Shown here: one piece after another, positions 10,405-15,098 of the stretch | Layout of the letters: each line of letters begins with the position of its first letter | Numbering within the stretch: position 1 is the stretch's first letter | From: Selaginella moellendorffii | Lineage: Eukaryota; Plantae; Lycopodiophyta | Direction: 5' to 3' | Length of the DNA: 15,098 nt | Assembly (NCBI RefSeq): GCF_000143415.4 | Contig: NW_003314533.1 | Location: 1-15,098, forward strand | The notes under the pieces: generated by a model | Told to the model about the DNA's origin: nothing | Seen by the model: the letters and a program-made list of their open reading frames with translations, nothing else | Database searches by the model: none | Position numbers and translations under genes: made by a program

Positions 10405-11139
10405 GAAGTATGTGCCTTTGGGGAATCCAATCGATCAATTCTTGGGCCAAATCAATCTATTGCAAGATGTGGGAGCTCAAACCTCGCAGAATTTGTGTTC
10501 ATGGTAGAAGGCAGGCCACCTTGTGTAGCAGGAGGGTACAATTTGATTTTTGTTTGAAAAAAAAATGCTTCTGAATTTGTAATTACTCCAGTTTTTGCTC
10601 ATGATTTCCAGGAAATTCAGCTACTCTTAAGAGTTCAGGAGACTATTGCTTTGCCATTCTTGCTTAGGGTACGCTACACAAATCAGGCACTTTACAATTT
10701 ACCACTTATGTGACTTATATATGTTTCTTTGTAATTACCTTTAATATTATGTATTGTGAGTACATGAAATACACCAACACTACTTTTAGTTATTTACCCC
10801 TTGTTTTTAACATTGGTTTTCTGAACCATTTCTCAGGTTGCCATCAAACAATACATAGTTGTGCTCTAACATGAGAGCAGTTGAAGAGCACATAGAGTTG
10901 CTGCATCATGCCTCTGTCTCAGGTGCTGCTGCGATCATGAGAGGAAAAATTTAGCTTCGAGAATGAAGAACCCTGCCAAAAATCTCACATCCACGAAGCC
11001 ATGATGCATTACGAGGCACACACATCAAATTCACGAATGAGACAAAGGGAAAAACACACACAAAATGTAGACCGGCCTCCCACTCTTAAACAATGAAACC
11101 AGGAAGAGGAATCAAGGACAAGCCAAGATTAACAGATGT

Positions 11140-11831
11140 GGGGGGTTTCAAATGTATAATAGAGATAGTGGGTAAGTCGAGCATAGTTGACCAATATGAG
11201 ATATGAGTTTAACTCCTATTTGTGTGCTTATTTTTGTTTTGCGTTCAGCTTAGGTCTAAGCCCAAGTTCCACACCATGTTAGCTAGTGGAGTACCCATAT
11301 CCTCGCATTAAGCTATCAGTATACTGAAATAGTGCCAAACTCTGTTTAGCTCCATTTTGAGTGTTAGTCCTGGCATTGGGATATTGGATACTCTAGGACT
11401 ATTCTAAGTTGTTTCGTGCTTCTATCTTTTCGTTCTTTGGGCTGAATGCTTGGGAGTCACTCCATGCTCCAGTTTTGTCACTCCTTAGCTTAATATTGAA
11501 GAGTTTGGCTCCGTTCCTTCATTTAATGGCTCAAGACCTTAAAACTCAAGTTCTACACCATTGTTTTTAGGATATGTGGCATGTGGCTATAACACTTGGC
11601 ACATTGAGGGTTTATGTTCCACTTTGAACTCTGGCGGATCTCCTCCTATTGTTTATGTTCCAAGGCTTTAAAACTCGGGTTCCACTCTACTATCCTTGGA
11701 CACATGGCATGTGGCATGTAGTATGTGACACGTGGCATATGGAGGGTTTATGTTCCATTTCGTGGTTATCCTATGGGAAATCACTATATGATAAAGAGTG
11801 AAAACCACATATGCTACATTTGGTATCAAAG
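11140..11831 (+). mobile_element. LTR-like repeat, copy C (about 11153-11818), inverted relative to A/B, with PBS at 11821-11831
   Basis: GGGGGGTTTCAAA-TGTATA matches the reverse complement of 3226-3243. 11231-11340 aligns with the reverse complement of ~3045-3155. Ends GCTACA (reverse complement of TGTAGC at 2933) followed by TT-TGGTATCAAAG. Confidence 0.7.
11532..11760 (+). repeat. Diverged ~95-100 bp direct duplication within LTR copy C (11532-11625 and 11660-11760)
   Basis: Shared blocks CAAG..TTAAAACTC..GTTC, TGGCATGTGGC and GAGGGTTTATGTTCCA in the same order. Confidence 0.75.
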
Positions 11832-12383
11832 GATGAGTCTCAGTGAGTACTATTTAATAAGATTGGTCAACTAGTCTCATTGTATACACAAAGATGAAAT
11901 GATGATTCAAATGGGTACATATTTGGGTGCTATAACTTCACATTTGTTCCTTGAGTATGGTGTAAGCCATAAATTTTTCCTTTCCAATTTGCTAGCTTAC
12001 TTTGTCTATCCAACCAACACTGCCTTAACTTTTAGCTAAGTTCCCTCGCCAAGGTTCCCGCCTATTGTACCAGCTCCTACTTGGTCCTACTTGGTTTTAG
12101 CTACTCACTGCACGAGCAACAGAGCGTTAGCCATCCAATCCCCCTCCCCAGGTTAGATTGGACTTAAGGTTCGGCTACACTCCCTGCAGGCACAAGTAGC
12201 CAAGCACACCAAGCCTCCAAGTTTCTAACATCCCTTGGTGCCATAAGATTTGATCATAGGACCCTCTAAATCCCAAGCCTTAGGTGCAACACATACTTTA
12301 GGACGTTGGGGCGAAACACTAGAGTCTAATGGCTCGGTATGGGTACCTCTACCCCCCCCCCGTCCCCCCGCTTCCATCCCGAA

Positions 12384-12607
12384 GGTTTAGGGTTTTAGGG
12401 TTTAGGGTTTAGGGTTAGGGTTTAGGGTTTAGGGTTTTAGGGTTTAGGGTTTAGGATTTAGGGTTTAGGGTTTAGGGTTTAGGGTTTAGGGTTTAGGGTT
12501 TAGGTTTAGGGTTTAGGGTTTTAGGGTTTAGGGTTTTAGGGTTTAGGGTTTAGGTTTAGGGTTTAGGGTTTAGGGTTTAGGGTTTAGGCGCGTTTAGGCG
12601 TTTAGGG
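12384..12607 (+). repeat. Arabidopsis-type telomeric repeat array (TTTAGGG)n, about 31 units, G-rich strand on +
   Basis: Direct reading. Variants TTTTAGGG, TTAGGG, TTTAGG, TTTAGGA, plus TTTAGGCGCG and TTTAGGCG at the right junction. Confidence 0.99.
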
Positions 12608-12767
12608 TCAAAGACACCCCGCGGTGTTGCAATCCGGCGAGATCGCGGCACCACTTTGCGCAATCCACATTCTCCATGTGCCGTTGTCGAAACGGCGTGA
12701 TCGAGAGCAAGTAGAGGAGGCAAGAGAATGAATTTTCATTCATTCGCGAGCGAGGGAGAAGACAAGA

Positions 12768-12820
12768 GACAACCCGAGACCGGTTTCGTCCTTTTTGGGA
12801 CTCATCAGCCGGGTGTAGTC
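12768..12820 (-). ncRNA. Minimal type I hammerhead ribozyme
   Basis: Minus strand: GACUAC-ACCCGG-CUGAUGA-GUCC-CAAAAA-GGAC-GAAA-CCG-GUC^-UCGGGU-U-GUC. Core boxes CUGAUGA (12808-12802) and GAAA (12787-12784) are intact. Stem II is GUCC/GGAC. Stem I is ACCCGG/UCGGGU extended by GAC/GUC. Stem III is reduced to the palindrome ACCGGU. Predicted GUC cleavage between 12778 and 12777. Confidence 0.93.
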
Positions 12821-13160
12821 GTCTAACGTCTACCCTAACCCTAGCTCGGCGCCGACTCTACTTATATTCTGGCTCTGTCACGTGGCGCGAGTCCGAGTGG
12901 CAGCCATGCGAAGTGCATGACGGCGTTGGCTCGCGAGGATGCGAACGTAGCACAGCTGGGGTTGGTGACTCCACAGCAGTGGTAGTCGCGGAGAATGACT
13001 TCGGCGGATCGCCGAAGATAGTAAGCGTTCGTCCGGCGGGTGACGTACCTTTGACGCAAGATAACTTGTAAACGTGGCATGATATGATGCATGCATTACG
13101 TCCACAATGCTTGTGTCACTTGTGCGTACCCGGCGACGAAAAACGTGGTTCACTTTGCAG

Positions 13161-13594
13161 GGAATATTCTCGGAATATTCGGTCGTTGACCGTTGACCCC
13201 GCGTTGACCGTGTGTGGACTGGGATGGTGGGGGGCCTGAGGCCACTCATACATACCCGGAGTCCAGCGGTTACATGGGGGAGAGCCATCCTGCGAGCTGT
13301 CGGCATGTGTCGCCGATGTCGAGGGAACGGCACCGTTTGAACGGAAAACATGCTTTTCCACGAGTCGTGTGTGGAGTTCAGAGTTGAAACTCACATATTC
13401 ACGATCGGAAGGAAGAGCAGAATCCAACGGTATATGCCGTTTTGACTCGGTCAACAGGGATACAGTCGGAATATTGGGGAATATTCCGTTCTGACCGTTG
13501 ACTCCGCGTTGACCGGGCGTTGACTCGGAAGGGGGGTGGCCTGGAGTGACTTGGGACATACCTGAAGTCCATCGGCCAGACCCTGGGAGTCATC
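13161..13594. repeat. Diverged ~130-bp direct repeat in the PLE 3' region (13161-13289 and 13468-13594)
   Basis: Both copies run GGAATATT..GGAATATTC..TGACCGTTGACYCCGCGTTGACCG..GACT.GGA.GG.GGG.GGCCTG..ACATACC.G.AGTCCA.CGG..GAG.CATC. Confidence 0.85.
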
Positions 13595-13658
13595 GAGTAC
13601 GCGGAGAAGGATGCAAACATAAGCTTCCGTGTCTTGCAAAGTGCGGTACAAGACGTGG

Positions 13659-15098
13659 CTAAGCTCGCGGAGGGAGCTTAGCCCTGACCAGAAACGAACC
13701 GAGGTTCGGGGAGCGTCTCCAGCACGTGATCACTCGAGGGAGTGTGTCTGTGGGAGCTTCATCCATCACCTGTTTAGGGTTTAGGATGTCCCCCAAGCCT
13801 AGCTGCGCACTGTGGAGTGTGTAGGGCAGCTTGAAGGCGAGGGGGGCCCGTCGACAGGCGTCGCTAGAGCGGCGCGAACGTGCAAGGAGAGCTTGATGTC
13901 GCTGGTCGTAGGAGATGCCGGAGAAGCAGTGGTGGAGGAAGGAGGTCGGGTATCCTCGGGCACGGAGGCGGTGGTAGAACCGCGTGCGCATGGCGTGGAA
14001 TCCATCGGCCGTGCTCTCGCGGAGGAGGTATCTCCGGAGCTCGCTGCGGATGAATGCCACTTTTTGGTGCCGTGGGTGAACCGACGTCCAGGGGAGGTAC
14101 TGGTAGGCGTTGAGCGGCTTCTGGAACGTGGACGAGTCGAGGCAGCCTGTCTCTTCAAAGCGAGGGCCTTTGAAGAAGTGGATATCGAGGATATCCAACT
14201 CTTCGAGCGAGATCACCGAGGTGATCTTGATCGAAGGACACAGCGTGCCGTATCCTCGGAGCCATCGTTCGAGGCCTGCTCGTGTACCTGTCCAAATGCC
14301 CACTCCGTCATCTATGTACCTTCGTAGATAGAAGGGCCAGTCGTTGGTGGCATGCTTGTACTCGGCTTCGAGAGAGCAGAGGAAGAGGCAAGCGTAGACC
14401 ACCGCGAAGTTGGAGCCCATTGCTGTGCCGCGGATCTGCTGGTAGATGTTACCGTCAAACTCCACGTAGTTGTGCTCCAGAACGAGGGCAGCCGCAGCCA
14501 TGAGGAACCGCGAGCGTGTGGTGTTGCCGTACTCGGCAAACACAAAGTCGCGGAGGCGTTGGAGACCTTCTCGTGTGGGGATGCTTGGGTAGAGGCTCTC
14601 TACGTCGAACGTGAAGAGCCAGCAGTCCCGCGGGAGCTGTAGGTGGAGGAGGTCCTGTAGCAGCGTGCGCGAGTCGGAAAGAAACGTTGGCTGCTTCAGC
14701 AGGATATCGTAGAGCTGGCGGTGAAGCCAACGCGCGAGGGGCTCCCACAACGTACCGATATAGCTTGCGATGGGTCGGCCCTTTATTGGCTGCTTGTGTA
14801 TTTTCGGAAGAAAATACATCATGCAAGCCTGCCGGGGTACGGCGGGCTGGTGCAGCAGGAACTGCTGTGTGGAGTTGTCGAGCCACGAGCAGCTGCGGTA
14901 CTTTGTGATGAGCTCGGCGAGGCGTTCCTGGAGGGATTTGGATGGCACGGAGGGGACCTTCACATAAACGAGTGGGTCGTTCAGTTGGCGGAGAGCCTCC
15001 TTCTGTACCAATCACGATCCAGCACCACCGCTCCAAGATTTTTGTCCGCAGGCTTGATGACGATGGATGTGTCCGTGCGAGAGAGTGGAGAGCACGCT
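13659..15098 (-). CDS. Penelope-like reverse transcriptase (partial at 5' end; 1-bp frameshift at ~15005)
   Basis: IVIKPADKNLGAVVLDRDWY (PLE DKG-type motif, different frame, ~15064-15005); YFLPKIHK..GRPIAS; FDVESLYPSIP; YQQIRGTAMGSNFAVVYACLF; RYIDD; LDILD; QKPLNAYQYLPWTSVHP; LRARGYP; RRSPNLGSFLVRAKL then stop. Confidence 0.95.

Larger units (their letters stand above)
12608..15098 (-). mobile_element. Telomere-attached Penelope-like retroelement lacking a C-terminal endonuclease (Athena/Coprina-like organisation); 5' part outside the window
   Basis: PLE-type RT, ~1.05-kb 3' region with a hammerhead, 3' end abutting telomeric repeats, and an abrupt change to GC/CpG-rich composition at the array. 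Confidence 0.9.

Noticed and set aside
10370-10450. N-terminal extension of the 672-aa ORF
   Set aside because: Starts at TTG and translates telomere-like repeats (FRVRV); ATG 10369 has a much better context.
8371-10574. Plus-strand ORFs antisense to the NTPase-nuclease gene
   Set aside because: Antisense shadows without recognisable domains.
12608-12760. Second ribozyme (HDV-like or another hammerhead) in the terminal tail
   Set aside because: No second CUGANGA/GAAA core and no convincing nested pseudoknot found by eye.
12862-13651. ORFs in the PLE 3' region as a possible frameshifted GIY-YIG endonuclease
   Set aside because: No GIY/YIG-like or CCHH linker motifs seen; the translations mostly reflect the DNA repeats. 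An HMM scan would be the formal test.
13799-15036. Overlapping ORFs on both strands over the RT (e.g. 13812..14327 +, 14455..15036 -)
   Set aside because: Shadow frames of a GC-rich coding sequence; low-complexity R/P/S/A composition and no motifs.
13659-15098. RT as telomerase (TERT), group II intron or retron RT
   Set aside because: DK motif, LPKIHK, GTAMG, YIDD and SxHP thumb motifs are PLE-type; single compact ORF.

Overview
Eukaryotic, almost certainly land-plant, subtelomeric DNA. Evidence: Arabidopsis-type TTTAGGG array, tRNA-iMet-primed LTR elements and short GT-AG introns. A non-seed plant such as a lycophyte is my inference only. Left to right: (1) a frameshifted Ty3/gypsy pol (RNase H-integrase, +); (2) old LTR copies and a decayed gag-protease on the minus strand; (3) a 383-bp LTR-PBS-LTR mini-retroelement with only 14 bp of internal sequence, inserted into an unidentified minus-strand reading frame; (4) an intact single-ORF P-loop NTPase + restriction-endonuclease-fold gene of Crinkler/CR-effector-like architecture; (5) about 31 telomeric repeats at 12384-12607, joined directly to the 3' end of a GC-rich Penelope-like retroelement (PLE) on the minus strand. 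The PLE RT stops without a C-terminal GIY-YIG endonuclease. Its ~1.05-kb 3' region holds a minimal type I hammerhead ribozyme, a hairpin cluster, telomere-like oligos and a duplicated ~130-bp module. The orientation fits reverse transcription primed by the G-rich chromosome end. All calls come from reading the sequence by eye; no searches or folding programs were run.
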